NCBI GenBank assembly: GCA_913041945.1
Contig: CAJWIT010000004.1
Coordinates: 568-64,567, forward strand
Origin: an uncultured Fidelibacterota bacterium
Lineage (GTDB): Bacteria > Fidelibacterota > Marinisomatia > Marinisomatales > UBA8229
Length of the DNA: 64,000 nt
Reading direction: 5' to 3'
Of the stretch, positions 1 to 10,144 are shown one piece after another. The first letter of the stretch is position 1, and each line of letters starts with the position of its first letter. Made by a program: the position numbers and the translations under genes. The notes below the pieces were generated by a model. It saw only the letters and a list, made by a program, of their open reading frames with translations. It was not told the DNA's origin and made no database searches.

Positions 1-436
1 TGGCAATTCCTAAAAGAAAATCACTTTTCTTGAATCCAGTTTTTTTTAGATCGGTAATTGCATCCTCAGGTTTGTCCTCTGCGCCCTCGATCGAGCGGAC
101 GAGTGCCTCTCTCCCTCCAGCAATGATCCCCTGAAACAGTTCCCGAGGAACCGAGAATGTTGGAGGCATTTCCGTAGCGTCCAATACACCGAGCCTGCCG
201 CTGGTTCCAGCGCCTATATAAAATATTTTTCCCCCTGAACGTATAACTTCTTCAGCAACATTGACAGCTTTCTCAATCTGAGGTAAAGCCTGATTAATTT
301 TCTGAGCTATTGTCTGGTCTTCACTGTTGACAATATGAAGGATCTCAGAAATAGATAATTTATCAATTTGTCGAGACTTGATATTTTGCTGTTCGGTGGA
401 CAGCTTTCTTCTGTCGGAAGGATTAACTATTTTCAT
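1..436 (-). CDS. murQ: N-acetylmuramic acid 6-phosphate etherase, N-terminal part (C-terminus lies beyond the window edge)
   Basis: My own minus-strand translation from ATG at 434-436 gives MKIVNPSDRRKLSTEQQNIKSRQIDKLSISEILHIVNSEDQTIAQKINQALPQIEKAVNVAEEVIRSGGKIFYIGAGTSGRLGVLDATEMPPTF... It has the SIS-domain GAGTSGRLG motif and a MurQ-like N-terminus. It is absent from the supplied ORF track because it runs off the edge. Confidence 0.8.
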   Translation of the reverse strand, partial: MKIVNPSDRRKLSTEQQNIKSRQIDKLSISEILHIVNSEDQTIAQKINQALPQIEKAVNVAEEVIRSGGKIFYIGAGTSGRLGVLDATEMPPTFSVPRELFQGIIAGGREALVRSIEGAEDKPEDAITDLKKTGFKKSDFLLGIA

Positions 437-457
437 CATTCAAAAAAGTAATTGCAA

Positions 458-1825
458 TTATTGCTCTAGTGTTGCAAAATATTTTTTTGCTGCTTGCATA
501 ACCTTTGGTGATAATAACAATGTAGATATCATTGTTGGAACTGCCATGAGAGCAAATAATCCATCTACAAAATTGATTGCAATATCAATTGAAATAACCG
601 AGGCTACAATAATTGCAAATATATAAAACCAGTTGTACACATCTTTGTATCGGGTACCAAATAAATGACCTGTGCATTTTCTCCCGTAATAAGAATAACC
701 GAACATTGTGGTTAAACTAAAAGTAAAAACAGCTATCATTAACAGGATTTTACCAGGGAAACCTAATTCATTTGTAAAAGCCATGGTTGTCAACGTAACA
801 CCATTTACTTCTGAAGATTCTATACCCGAGATTAAAATAACAAATGCAGTGATACTGCAAACAACAATTGTATCAATAAATGGACCAAGCATAGCCACAA
901 GCCCTTCCCTCACAGGCTCCTGAGTTTTTGCGGCTCCGTGAGCCATAGCTTCTGTACCAATTCCCGCTTCATTTGAAAACGCTGCACGCTTAATGCCAAC
1001 ACTAATTATCATTCCAAGAGATCCGCCAAGAACAGCATCACCAGTAAAAGCATCTTGAATGATTGTCAGAAATACATCAGGAATATCTGAAAAATGTTTT
1101 ATAAGTATAATAAAAGCTGCAACCAAATAGATTACAACCATAAACGGTACTAATTTCGCCGCTACTTTTCCAATGCGCCTTATTCCCCCAAATACAACCA
1201 GCGAAACAATAAATGCAGTACATATTCCCGTAACCAGATTTCCCAAATCCGGAGAATTTAAAAATAATTTGTTTGGCACATAAATTTCATCACGAACAAT
1301 TTGAGCTAATTGATTTGCCTGAAAAAGAACAAAACATCCAAATACTCCTGCAATACTAAAGAGCATAGCAAGCGGTTTAAATTTTTTACCTAATCCTTCC
1401 TGAATGACATACATGGGACCACCCTGAATTTCACCTGCATCATCTTTTCCGCGATACATGATACTCAGTGTGCATGTAAAAAACTTTGTTGCCATTCCAA
1501 TTATTGCACTAATCCACATCCAAAAAAGAGCTCCCGGGCCACCTGTATGAATTGCCAACGCAACACCGCCAATATTTCCCATTCCTACTGTACTCGCCAA
1601 AGCACTTGATAGAGCCTGAAAGTGATTGATCTGTCCCGGGTCATTGACTTTATCATATTTACCCCGCAGAATATTTACGGCATGTCCAAAGTATCGAAAC
1701 GGAATAAATCTACTAAAAGCAGTAAAGTAAATCCCACCACCAACTAGAAGCACAACCAGCGGGGTCCCCCACATAAATCCGGAGAATCCGGCCATAGCTT
1801 TATCTAAGAATTCTATAAAATTCAT
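458..1825 (-). CDS. Alanine/glycine:cation symporter (AGCS family amino-acid carrier)
   Basis: 455 aa polytopic membrane protein. The N-terminus FMWGTPLVVLLVGGGIYFT...FQALSSALASTVGMGNIGGVA is typical of AGCS carriers. Confidence 0.88.
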   Translation of the reverse strand: MNFIEFLDKAMAGFSGFMWGTPLVVLLVGGGIYFTAFSRFIPFRYFGHAVNILRGKYDKVNDPGQINHFQALSSALASTVGMGNIGGVALAIHTGGPGALFWMWISAIIGMATKFFTCTLSIMYRGKDDAGEIQGGPMYVIQEGLGKKFKPLAMLFSIAGVFGCFVLFQANQLAQIVRDEIYVPNKLFLNSPDLGNLVTGICTAFIVSLVVFGGIRRIGKVAAKLVPFMVVIYLVAAFIILIKHFSDIPDVFLTIIQDAFTGDAVLGGSLGMIISVGIKRAAFSNEAGIGTEAMAHGAAKTQEPVREGLVAMLGPFIDTIVVCSITAFVILISGIESSEVNGVTLTTMAFTNELGFPGKILLMIAVFTFSLTTMFGYSYYGRKCTGHLFGTRYKDVYNWFYIFAIIVASVISIDIAINFVDGLFALMAVPTMISTLLLSPKVMQAAKKYFATLEQ

Positions 1826-1917
1826 GATTGATTACACATTAATTATTTTCTTACCTATTTATTTCCAAAATATACCAATTATAGTGAAATTCAAGATGAA
1901 AATAATCAATAAAAAAA

Positions 1918-3006
1918 ATGAAACGATTAGATACATATCTCCTGAGACAGTTTTTAAATATTCTCGCAATAGGTTTATTGGGGTTTGTCACAGTTTTTAT
2001 TGTAGTTGATCTCATTGAAAACCTAGACCGTTTCATTGACAATGCAGTACCAATAGGTATCATTCTCAAATATTATCTTTTTACACTCCCCTGGTTCATC
2101 AATATCGCTCTCCCGATGGCAACCCTCATTGCAACCGTATTCAGTGTCGGTCTTATGGTGAAACGAAACGAATGGACTGCCATGAAAGCCACTGGTATCA
2201 GTTTGTATCGTATTTCGATACCACTTATCCTGGTAGGATTTGTTCTCAGTTTTATCTCTTATCAATTTGATAATAACTTGGTAAGCTGGGGACATGAAAA
2301 ACGATATTCTATCGAAAGAAAATATCAGAAAAAAAGATCCAAACAAAACCGTCGAATTCTTAAAGATATTTTTCTTCAAAAAAAAGAATCCACCCATATT
2401 GCTCTTTCAAAATATCGTATCAATAAAAAATTTGCTGAAGGAATAACAATCATCAAACTTGAAGAAGGGAAATTACATCAACGACTCGATGCGAAATCAA
2501 TGAGTTGGGTCGACTCCCTTTCTTCCTGGATACTATCGAATTATTCCATCCGTACATTTAATTCTTATGGCGTTGAAACCAACGTAATGATCTCAGAGAA
2601 AGACACCCTTTTTTCATTCGATTTAACACCGGAAGATATTTCCCAAAAATTTAAATCACCTGAAGAATTGAATTATAAGGAATTAACGAAGCGAATTGCA
2701 CTCTTAAAGGAGAATGGGGTAAAGACAACCCGATGGGAAGTGGAACAGTATTTTAAAGTGTCTTTTGCCTTCACCAATCTGATTGTAATTTTATTTGGAT
2801 TACCTTTAGTCGTAATAAAACATAAAGGCGGACTTTCCTTTGGTGCAGGTATGAGTGTGTTTGTGATCTTTGGATACTATGCTTTTATCAAGTTCGGACA
2901 ATCTCTTGGATATAAAGAAGTTCTTGAACCTTTGGCATCTGCATGGATTGGAAACGTAGTATTTTCAATCGGTGGTTTGATTTTGTTGTTCTTCACTAGG
3001 AAGTGA
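1918..3006 (+). CDS. LptF/LptG-family LPS export permease
   Basis: 362 aa. The start MKRLDTYLLRQFL, three N-terminal TM segments, a periplasmic insert and three C-terminal TM segments match the YjgP/YjgQ architecture. Confidence 0.85.
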   Translation: MKRLDTYLLRQFLNILAIGLLGFVTVFIVVDLIENLDRFIDNAVPIGIILKYYLFTLPWFINIALPMATLIATVFSVGLMVKRNEWTAMKATGISLYRISIPLILVGFVLSFISYQFDNNLVSWGHEKRYSIERKYQKKRSKQNRRILKDIFLQKKESTHIALSKYRINKKFAEGITIIKLEEGKLHQRLDAKSMSWVDSLSSWILSNYSIRTFNSYGVETNVMISEKDTLFSFDLTPEDISQKFKSPEELNYKELTKRIALLKENGVKTTRWEVEQYFKVSFAFTNLIVILFGLPLVVIKHKGGLSFGAGMSVFVIFGYYAFIKFGQSLGYKEVLEPLASAWIGNVVFSIGGLILLFFTRK

Positions 3007-3042
3007 TCCCGGTTTATTTAAATCTTTTTCCTCTGATTTATT

Positions 3043-4500
3043 TTAATCTACAGGACCAGGGAGTGGACCTCCATCAGTTTCTACGTCCTGAATTTCATCT
3101 TTTCTACTGCCAAAACTGGTAATCGTCACCCCCATTGAAAGATTAATCCCCTTCATTGTATGAATCCATATTCCATTACGAAAAGCCATACCTACATCAA
3201 AAATAATCGGTCCTTTATGTATCCCGAATCCCATTGAAAATTCCTTGAAATCTGATCCGCCATAACAATATCCTATCCTGAGAGGAACGCTGGGAAATCT
3301 ATTCGATTCCACAGCAAGTGACCATTTCCATTTTTTTCTCGCATAAAACCGGTTTTCAAATCCTGTCACCAGGTCAGATGCAATCACCAGTTCCGGTAAC
3401 CGGCGAGAAACACCGATTCGAAAAAGGGCGGGATAATCTGTAGTAAATTCATTCAGGTTGCCATCTTTATCCAGGTCTTTTACAATTTGTTCCTCGCTGC
3501 TAAAAAGAGAATCAGAAGTAAGGGAAGAAACACTTAGAGAATCTATTGAGTACGTATAGAGAACGGCGGAAGAGTCATCCAGTATCTCTCCACCCCAGGT
3601 CATATGCCATAAATCATCTTCATTTCCATATTTATTATCCGATCCCGCAAAAATATCCTTCACCATACTGGGTTTATTCCAATTTATACTACCAATAGCA
3701 TTAATAATGGAAAATCCTGCTCTCCATCCGTTGGTTTCTCGAGTTGACAATCCTAAATCGACACCAAAGCCGCTCCCACCAAAGCCCTGACGGATAAAAT
3801 ATGCGCCTTCTCCATAAACTGCTTCATCAGTTGTTACAAGATTTGCATAGCTTGAATCGGGGTCTATTCCAAAATAAAATAATCCCTGTAAATACTTTAC
3901 GGTCATTCCAACAGCAAATTGATCGTAAGGCACAGCAAACGAAAAACCAAATTCATTTACTCCTAATATCTCATAGTTCAATGTCAGGTCCAATTCCGGG
4001 TCATTTGCATTTCCATAAAGGAGCAAACGTAATAACCCAGATGGGATGCGAATATCACTCATCAAAAGCATATTGCTGGTGAAAGCCATATTCCCAGAGG
4101 CAAAGTTCAAACCTGGATAAGGCATGTGGAAATCCGGGAAAAAGGTTAATCCATTATCTTTAAAGTTATCGTATAATAAATCCTTTTCGTAATTCGACAA
4201 AGTATCTCCGCTGAGACTATATAAATTACTCAATGAAATATAATTGCCAACAACCCCAAGATCAAAACCACCCAATTGAAGCATGAATGGCTTCTCCTGT
4301 TGGTACGCAAGTAAAGATGGATTATATCCTACTGCAAAGATCCCATCCGCTATAGTGGTATAGGTACCTGCAAGAGCAACTGATCTGGGGTCACGTTTTG
4401 TCTGTGAAATCAAAACTGAAAAACTAATCAGTAAAAAAATGGTGAGTTCCAGGATTTTTTTTATGATTTTCATTGTAGAATGCATAATAACTGAAAACAT
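3043..4500 (-). CDS. Putative outer-membrane beta-barrel protein (FadL/PorV-like N-terminal motif), function unknown
   Basis: 485 aa with a signal peptide, then RSVALAGTYTTIADGIFAVGYNPSLLA, resembling the GxGGA..A.D..a..wNPAGL motif of FadL/PorV-type barrels. Aromatic-rich alternating pattern; ends ...GVTITSF. The start may be M10 (4473). Confidence 0.45.
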   Translation of the reverse strand: MFSVIMHSTMKIIKKILELTIFLLISFSVLISQTKRDPRSVALAGTYTTIADGIFAVGYNPSLLAYQQEKPFMLQLGGFDLGVVGNYISLSNLYSLSGDTLSNYEKDLLYDNFKDNGLTFFPDFHMPYPGLNFASGNMAFTSNMLLMSDIRIPSGLLRLLLYGNANDPELDLTLNYEILGVNEFGFSFAVPYDQFAVGMTVKYLQGLFYFGIDPDSSYANLVTTDEAVYGEGAYFIRQGFGGSGFGVDLGLSTRETNGWRAGFSIINAIGSINWNKPSMVKDIFAGSDNKYGNEDDLWHMTWGGEILDDSSAVLYTYSIDSLSVSSLTSDSLFSSEEQIVKDLDKDGNLNEFTTDYPALFRIGVSRRLPELVIASDLVTGFENRFYARKKWKWSLAVESNRFPSVPLRIGYCYGGSDFKEFSMGFGIHKGPIIFDVGMAFRNGIWIHTMKGINLSMGVTITSFGSRKDEIQDVETDGGPLPGPVD

Positions 4501-4504
4501 TTCT

Positions 4505-7303
4505 TTATTCTATTTTGAAGAACCACCCGCTTGAATCTGAAACAGATGAATTCAAATCAGATATATATATGCGTACTTTATTTAAGGTGGCATCTGGGAC
4601 ACTCCATAAAAACGAATCCACATTCGCAGTATCCGATGCAATACTGAAATTTGTTATTGTTGAATCGGGATTCACATTATAGTATCCAATCTTTACAGTG
4701 GATATTTCACCAAAAGTTTTCCACCGAATAACACTATTCTGTCCCTTGGAAAGGGTTTCGCCCCCGTTAGGATATGTAATAACAATCTCATCCTGTGCTT
4801 CTTCAAGCATCCCAGTACTTGAAATTCGGAATGTAAGGGTTGAAGTAACATCGATATTATCAGAGGTTGAGAGGAATGCCAACGTATCCCCGTTTAATCG
4901 AAATCTGGGCACTACAAAATGATCACCAAAATCTGTTAAAAGGCGAATTTTTTCTGCACTCATAATTGACGAATGAGTTGTATCACCCGGAGTACTTGCA
5001 GAACCATAAACCGGTGGTGCTGTTCCGTAAAACCGCGTGGGTTTTGGTAAAATAATAGTTGTCAAAGTATCAATATAAGAAACAAGGGTGTCCACCGATG
5101 AACCTGAACTTTTCACTAAATAAACCAAACCGTCAACACACTTGCTGAAATCATCCATAACATTAAAAATATAGACATCCCCAGAATCCAGATTCATCGC
5201 TTCACAATTCGTGACGACATACAAATCTTCACCTTCCAATAAATCTTCATGAGCGATTAAGGTATCACGATAAATAGCCAACATTTCAGTCGTAGTATCC
5301 AGTGGAAAAAATATGCTGTTAGAATGCAATATGGATAATTCACCATCAACAATACTGTTCACCACATGTGTTGTTAATGCTGCATGGGAAAGTGTACTAC
5401 GAATCCTGTTACGAGTGGAATGGTCAACCTCATCTATCGGTGTTCTGGCTACAGGAATAAAGGTCATTGAGTCCATTCTCACTTCAAATGGAGCTATCAT
5501 TCGGTATGTTCCGCCAATGGTTGCGCCCGCAACAATAACACCTTCCCCGTGTATTCGGGATGCCGAATTCACGGTAATAGTTGCAGGATTAAATGACATC
5601 AAATCAACAATGGTAGACGTGCCTTCTGCAGGTGGTGTGGTTACACTGTCTGTCCAGGTCGATGCATTTGCGGTGGCATAACTCAATACAGTAGTACCCA
5701 ACTTGCTTAAGCGAATAATGGTCTTAGTGCTATCTGAACCATAATCGCTTGGCTGAGCAATCGCTGCCCTGACAGCTACTTGAGAAGTATCACCAATTGT
5801 GTTGACACCGATCATATCTACATCCAAAGCAACTGGTAAATCAATCTGGTTAACCATATCAAATTCAAATTGAACCGCTGTAAAGGTCATGCCGGAAAAA
5901 CCGGATGGCATACCGTCAATATCCTGTACGGAAGGTGGAAACGACTTAATAATATTGGCTTCAAGTGATTCAAAATGTAGGCTTTCTACATCGACATTTA
6001 TGGTCATATTTCCTAATTCAGAACCATCCATCGGCATGTATGCCGTTTGCTCCCGTAACCGCACTGTTAGGTCTATATCCAATTTCGATAATGCGCTATC
6101 AGCACCTGCAGGATTTAAAAATGTATAACCATCGACCCGAAACGTGTCACTGTATGTTGCATAATCCTTAAATAATGCTGTATCCACTTTCACAGGATCG
6201 CCGCCAGAGGGTGGCGGCACAAAATTCCTGAAATCCATGATGAAGTCCATATAAAATGGATATGAACTACGGAGGTTGGAAATCACTATTTCATTAATCC
6301 CAGAAGATGTACCTGTTTTGAAAATCCCTGAGTATATCTCTATCGTTGAAGGAAATATTACTGGAGCCAGTTCAGTGGGCATGTTGTATTCGGCAATTTC
6401 AACGACAGCCGTATCTATACCGGCTATACGAATCCTGATTTGACAATTTATCTGAACAGAATCACCAGCGCTAATAGTCAGTGTATCTTCATCGTTACCA
6501 TGAGGAGACACATCAAAATCATATAACATCCTTATTGATTCTTCTAATTGCTGGCCACCAATTGTTGTTGTCTTGGTAAATGTGTCATTTTTTAATACTG
6601 TACTTTGTTCGTGATTAGCTAAAGTATTAGGGGACGTGCTGGCACCTGTTAACATTATGAAACGAACATCCGTAACATCCGTTAACATTCCATTATTCGT
6701 AATGGATGAAAAGAAATAACTGCTGTCACTGCTGCCGTCATCCTGGATCATTAAACCGGATATTTCCGTAATAAATGGGAGTTCGTCTGTAACGATAAAT
6801 GATGATAAATCTATTGCTGTATCAGGCAGTAGTATCTCATTAAAATTAGCAACAAGATTGTTCCATATTTCAGCTGATATTTGTCGATCGCTTGCAGGCG
6901 GAACGGTAAAAGGAATTTGATTTATATCGATCAACCCTTCTGAGGCGAATGGAATAGATACATTAATAGTCGTTACTACAGCTTCTTCACTAATATTTGT
7001 TGGCGTTCCTGCATAGACAATTTCAGCACCCACTGGTACCTCCAGCCAATCTGGATCGATTGAAGTTGACGGCAGGGTATCTTCAAAAACCAATTGCATG
7101 CCAGAGTCAGGGGTTAGGAAAATCTGTACGCTATCTACCATCCCCTCTAAATCATACCGTTCCTGAAGTAAGGGCAGCTGAATATCCACATACCAGGTAG
7201 GCATTTCAAATTCTGAGGGGCTTTCGAAATCACAAGATATGCTGAGAAATGAGAAAATCCCCAGAAGAGGAAAAACAAATATCTTGAGGAAGGATTCCCT
7301 CAT
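4505..7303 (-). CDS. Large exported protein, possibly a lipoprotein, with a C-terminal Ig-like (Kre9/KNH-like) beta-sandwich; function unknown
   Basis: 932 aa with signal sequence ...LGIFSFLSISC (relaxed lipobox). The C-terminal ~90 aa ITYPNGGETLSKGQNSVIRWKTFGEISTVKIGYY...FLWSVPDATLNKVRIYISD resemble the small Ig-like surface domain common in FCB bacteria. No other domain recognised. Confidence 0.5.
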   Translation of the reverse strand: MRESFLKIFVFPLLGIFSFLSISCDFESPSEFEMPTWYVDIQLPLLQERYDLEGMVDSVQIFLTPDSGMQLVFEDTLPSTSIDPDWLEVPVGAEIVYAGTPTNISEEAVVTTINVSIPFASEGLIDINQIPFTVPPASDRQISAEIWNNLVANFNEILLPDTAIDLSSFIVTDELPFITEISGLMIQDDGSSDSSYFFSSITNNGMLTDVTDVRFIMLTGASTSPNTLANHEQSTVLKNDTFTKTTTIGGQQLEESIRMLYDFDVSPHGNDEDTLTISAGDSVQINCQIRIRIAGIDTAVVEIAEYNMPTELAPVIFPSTIEIYSGIFKTGTSSGINEIVISNLRSSYPFYMDFIMDFRNFVPPPSGGDPVKVDTALFKDYATYSDTFRVDGYTFLNPAGADSALSKLDIDLTVRLREQTAYMPMDGSELGNMTINVDVESLHFESLEANIIKSFPPSVQDIDGMPSGFSGMTFTAVQFEFDMVNQIDLPVALDVDMIGVNTIGDTSQVAVRAAIAQPSDYGSDSTKTIIRLSKLGTTVLSYATANASTWTDSVTTPPAEGTSTIVDLMSFNPATITVNSASRIHGEGVIVAGATIGGTYRMIAPFEVRMDSMTFIPVARTPIDEVDHSTRNRIRSTLSHAALTTHVVNSIVDGELSILHSNSIFFPLDTTTEMLAIYRDTLIAHEDLLEGEDLYVVTNCEAMNLDSGDVYIFNVMDDFSKCVDGLVYLVKSSGSSVDTLVSYIDTLTTIILPKPTRFYGTAPPVYGSASTPGDTTHSSIMSAEKIRLLTDFGDHFVVPRFRLNGDTLAFLSTSDNIDVTSTLTFRISSTGMLEEAQDEIVITYPNGGETLSKGQNSVIRWKTFGEISTVKIGYYNVNPDSTITNFSIASDTANVDSFLWSVPDATLNKVRIYISDLNSSVSDSSGWFFKIE

Positions 7304-7319
7304 AGGGCTTTAAAAATTA

Positions 7320-8765
7320 TTAATATCGGTAATGTTCCGGTTTATATGGGCCCTTTTTGGATATTCCAATATAATCAGCCTGTTCATCAGTTAATTCTGT
7401 GAGCGTAACACCCAATTTATCCAGGTGAAGCCGGGCAACTTCTTCATCCAGTATTTTTGGCAACATATACACACCTAAACCGGGCTTTTCAGTTGCCAGT
7501 GCAATCTGAGCTAACACCTGGTTGGTGAATGAATTGGACATAACGAAGCTTGGGTGCCCTGTCGCACAGCCTAAATTGACTAAACGTCCTTCCGCTAAAA
7601 CATAAATTTGATTTCCAGTTTCAAAAGTATAGCAGTCAACCTGGGGTTTAATCACATCTCTTTTGACAGCAGGATCATCATTCAGTGCATTTACCTGGAT
7701 CTCATTATCAAAGTGACCAATGTTGCACACAATAGCCTGGTCTTTCATCGCTTTCATATGTTCCAGAGTAAGGACGTCTCTATTTCCTGTTGCGGTTACG
7801 AAAATATTTGTTTCGGGCAGTGCCTGCTCCACTGTTACTACTTCATAGCCCTCCATAGCTGCCTGTAAGGCACAAATAGGATCAATTTCCGTTATCATTA
7901 CACGGGCACCGTAACCACGCATGGACTGGGCACAACCACGTCCCACATCGCCATATCCGCATATGAGTACTGTCTTGCCCGCTACCATTACATCCATGGC
8001 TCGTTTTAACCCATCGGCGAGAGATTCTCTGCAGCCATAAATATTATCAAATTTTGATTTTGTAACTGAGTCGTTGACATTATACGCCGGGAATAACAAT
8101 GTTTGGTTTTTTTCCATCTGGTGCAGTCGATGAACACCGGTGGTTGTTTCTTCCGATACACCAATGATATTTTTTGCAACCTTGTGCCAGTGCAGTGGAT
8201 CCTTATCTAATATTTCACGTAATAATCCCTCAATAATTTGTTCTTCTTCAACTGTGGTGGTGATTTCTGGTGCTGATCCGTGTTTCGCGAAATATTCTTC
8301 AAGTTCATAGCCCTTATGAATCAATAATGTTGCATCACCACCATCATCAACAATAAGGTCAGGCCCTCCACTATCTGGAAAAGTTAATGCCTGCAATGTA
8401 CACTGCCAGTATTCTTCCAATGTTTCACCTTTCCATGCAAAAACGGGCACACCAGTCTCCGCTATAGCTGCTGCAGCGTCGTCCTCTGTAGAAAAAATAT
8501 TGCAGCTGGCCCAGCGGACATCAGCACCTAATTCAACCAGTGTTTCGATCAACACAGCTGTTTCTACAGTCATATGTAAGGAACCAGTAAGCTTTTTTCC
8601 AGCCAGTGGTTCCTTCGGTCCATATTTCTTGCGGGTTGCCATCAGGCCTGGCATTTCCTTCTCCGCAATTTCGATCCTTTTACGACCAGCTTTTGAAAGA
8701 TTCAAATCCCGTACTTTGTACGGTAATGAGTCAACAATTTGAACTGGTTTCACATCTACTGACAT
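7320..8765 (-). CDS. ahcY: Adenosylhomocysteinase (S-adenosyl-L-homocysteine hydrolase)
   Basis: 481 aa. Unmistakable SAHH sequence ([30 protein letters not shown]-binding [13 protein letters not shown]-terminal [11 protein letters not shown]). The start overlaps the metK stop by 10 nt. Confidence 0.96.
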   Translation of the reverse strand: MSVDVKPVQIVDSLPYKVRDLNLSKAGRKRIEIAEKEMPGLMATRKKYGPKEPLAGKKLTGSLHMTVETAVLIETLVELGADVRWASCNIFSTEDDAAAAIAETGVPVFAWKGETLEEYWQCTLQALTFPDSGGPDLIVDDGGDATLLIHKGYELEEYFAKHGSAPEITTTVEEEQIIEGLLREILDKDPLHWHKVAKNIIGVSEETTTGVHRLHQMEKNQTLLFPAYNVNDSVTKSKFDNIYGCRESLADGLKRAMDVMVAGKTVLICGYGDVGRGCAQSMRGYGARVMITEIDPICALQAAMEGYEVVTVEQALPETNIFVTATGNRDVLTLEHMKAMKDQAIVCNIGHFDNEIQVNALNDDPAVKRDVIKPQVDCYTFETGNQIYVLAEGRLVNLGCATGHPSFVMSNSFTNQVLAQIALATEKPGLGVYMLPKILDEEVARLHLDKLGVTLTELTDEQADYIGISKKGPYKPEHYRY

Positions 8766-9967
8766 AAAACTTCCTTTCCTGTTTCATTGTTCACTGAAGC
8801 CTGAAGAGTATCCACCATATCAGTGTGTTCCCAGGTAAATTCATCTCCGATCCTGCCGAAATGTCCATAGGCCGCTGTATCTCTATAACGAGGGGATTTC
8901 AAATCAAGATGTTGAATAATTTGACCCGGTTTCAGAGGAAAAACATTTTTGGCAATTTCTGTTAATTTTTCATCGCTGATTGTACCGGTATCAAAAGTAC
9001 GCACATAAAATGACGTAGGCTCTGCAACTCCGATGCCGTAGGCTAACTGCACCTCACATTTTTCTGCCAGCCCGGCAGCAACTATATTTTTTGCAATGTA
9101 TCTTGCCATGTAGGCTGCAGAACGATCAACTTTGGATGGGTCTTTCCCAGAAAATGCTCCACCGCCATGCGGGGCATACCCTCCATAGGTGTCCACAATT
9201 ATCTTCCTTCCCGTCAACCCAGTATCTGCATCCGGACCTCCATGAACAAAACGCCCGGTTCCATTGACAATAAATGATTCATTGTATGGTAATTCACACT
9301 TTTCCAGTACCGGCTCTATTATGTGTTTGATTACTTCAGCCTGAATAAATTCATGTTCCTTTTCCTCTGTACCAAAACGATCAAGCATATTATCATGTTG
9401 AGTGGCAATAACCACATTGTTTACGGAAACCGGTTTGCCATCTTCATATTGGACTGTCACCTGGGATTTGCCATCCGGGCCCAACCAGGGTAAGGATCCA
9501 TTCTTCCTTACTTCGGCAAGTCGTTCTGTTAAACGTTGGGCTAAATGAATGGGCAGGGGCATCAATTCTGGTGTTTCTGTGCAGGCAAAACCAAACATCA
9601 ATCCTTGATCTCCGGCACCTTGTTCATGATCATCAGAAACATCCACTCCCTGGGCAATTTGAGTGCTTTGCTGATGGAGCGTGGAAATGACACGAACTTC
9701 TTCTCCATCCATTCCATAAGATTCATCAGTATAGCCAATCTCTTTCAAGGTTTGCTTAACGATCCGTTCTACATCTGCAAATCCATCTGTACGGACTTCC
9801 CCAGACACCACTACCAATCCCTTTGTTGCCAGGGTTTCACAAGCGACATGCGATTCCGGATCTTGTCTAATAAAATCATCCACTAATGCATCTGAGATTG
9901 CATCACAAACTTTATCCGGATGACCCTCAGTTACAGATTCGGAAGTAAACAAATACATGTTCTTCAT
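8756..9967 (-). CDS. metK: S-adenosylmethionine synthetase
   Basis: 403 aa with [47 protein letters not shown]. An AAGGAG Shine-Dalgarno lies about 12 nt upstream of the ATG. Confidence 0.97.
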   Translation of the reverse strand: MKNMYLFTSESVTEGHPDKVCDAISDALVDDFIRQDPESHVACETLATKGLVVVSGEVRTDGFADVERIVKQTLKEIGYTDESYGMDGEEVRVISTLHQQSTQIAQGVDVSDDHEQGAGDQGLMFGFACTETPELMPLPIHLAQRLTERLAEVRKNGSLPWLGPDGKSQVTVQYEDGKPVSVNNVVIATQHDNMLDRFGTEEKEHEFIQAEVIKHIIEPVLEKCELPYNESFIVNGTGRFVHGGPDADTGLTGRKIIVDTYGGYAPHGGGAFSGKDPSKVDRSAAYMARYIAKNIVAAGLAEKCEVQLAYGIGVAEPTSFYVRTFDTGTISDEKLTEIAKNVFPLKPGQIIQHLDLKSPRYRDTAAYGHFGRIGDEFTWEHTDMVDTLQASVNNETGKEVLCQ

Positions 9968-10144
9968 AGTCTATATATTTCTCCTTCTTAATTTACAAAT
10001 ATTTAACAATTTAATTAATTCAAAACAGATGTGGCTGCTTTTACCTTGTTCATGATGTAAAAAATTGTCATCATCTGTTTATTGGTGGTATCAATTGCTC
10101 TATGTTTAACCTACGGGTTTCAAACTGGTTTAATTTAAGTATTT
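9968..10144 (-). promoter_or_regulatory. 177-nt structured metK leader (candidate regulatory RNA, class unassigned)
   Basis: On the minus strand, an outer helix AAACAGATG/CATCTGTTT (plus-strand 10072-10080 and 10022-10030) encloses the hairpin ATGATG-ACAATTTTTTA-CATCAT (10052-10074) and the tract GGTAAAAGCAGCC (10033-10045). See findings. Confidence 0.3.
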
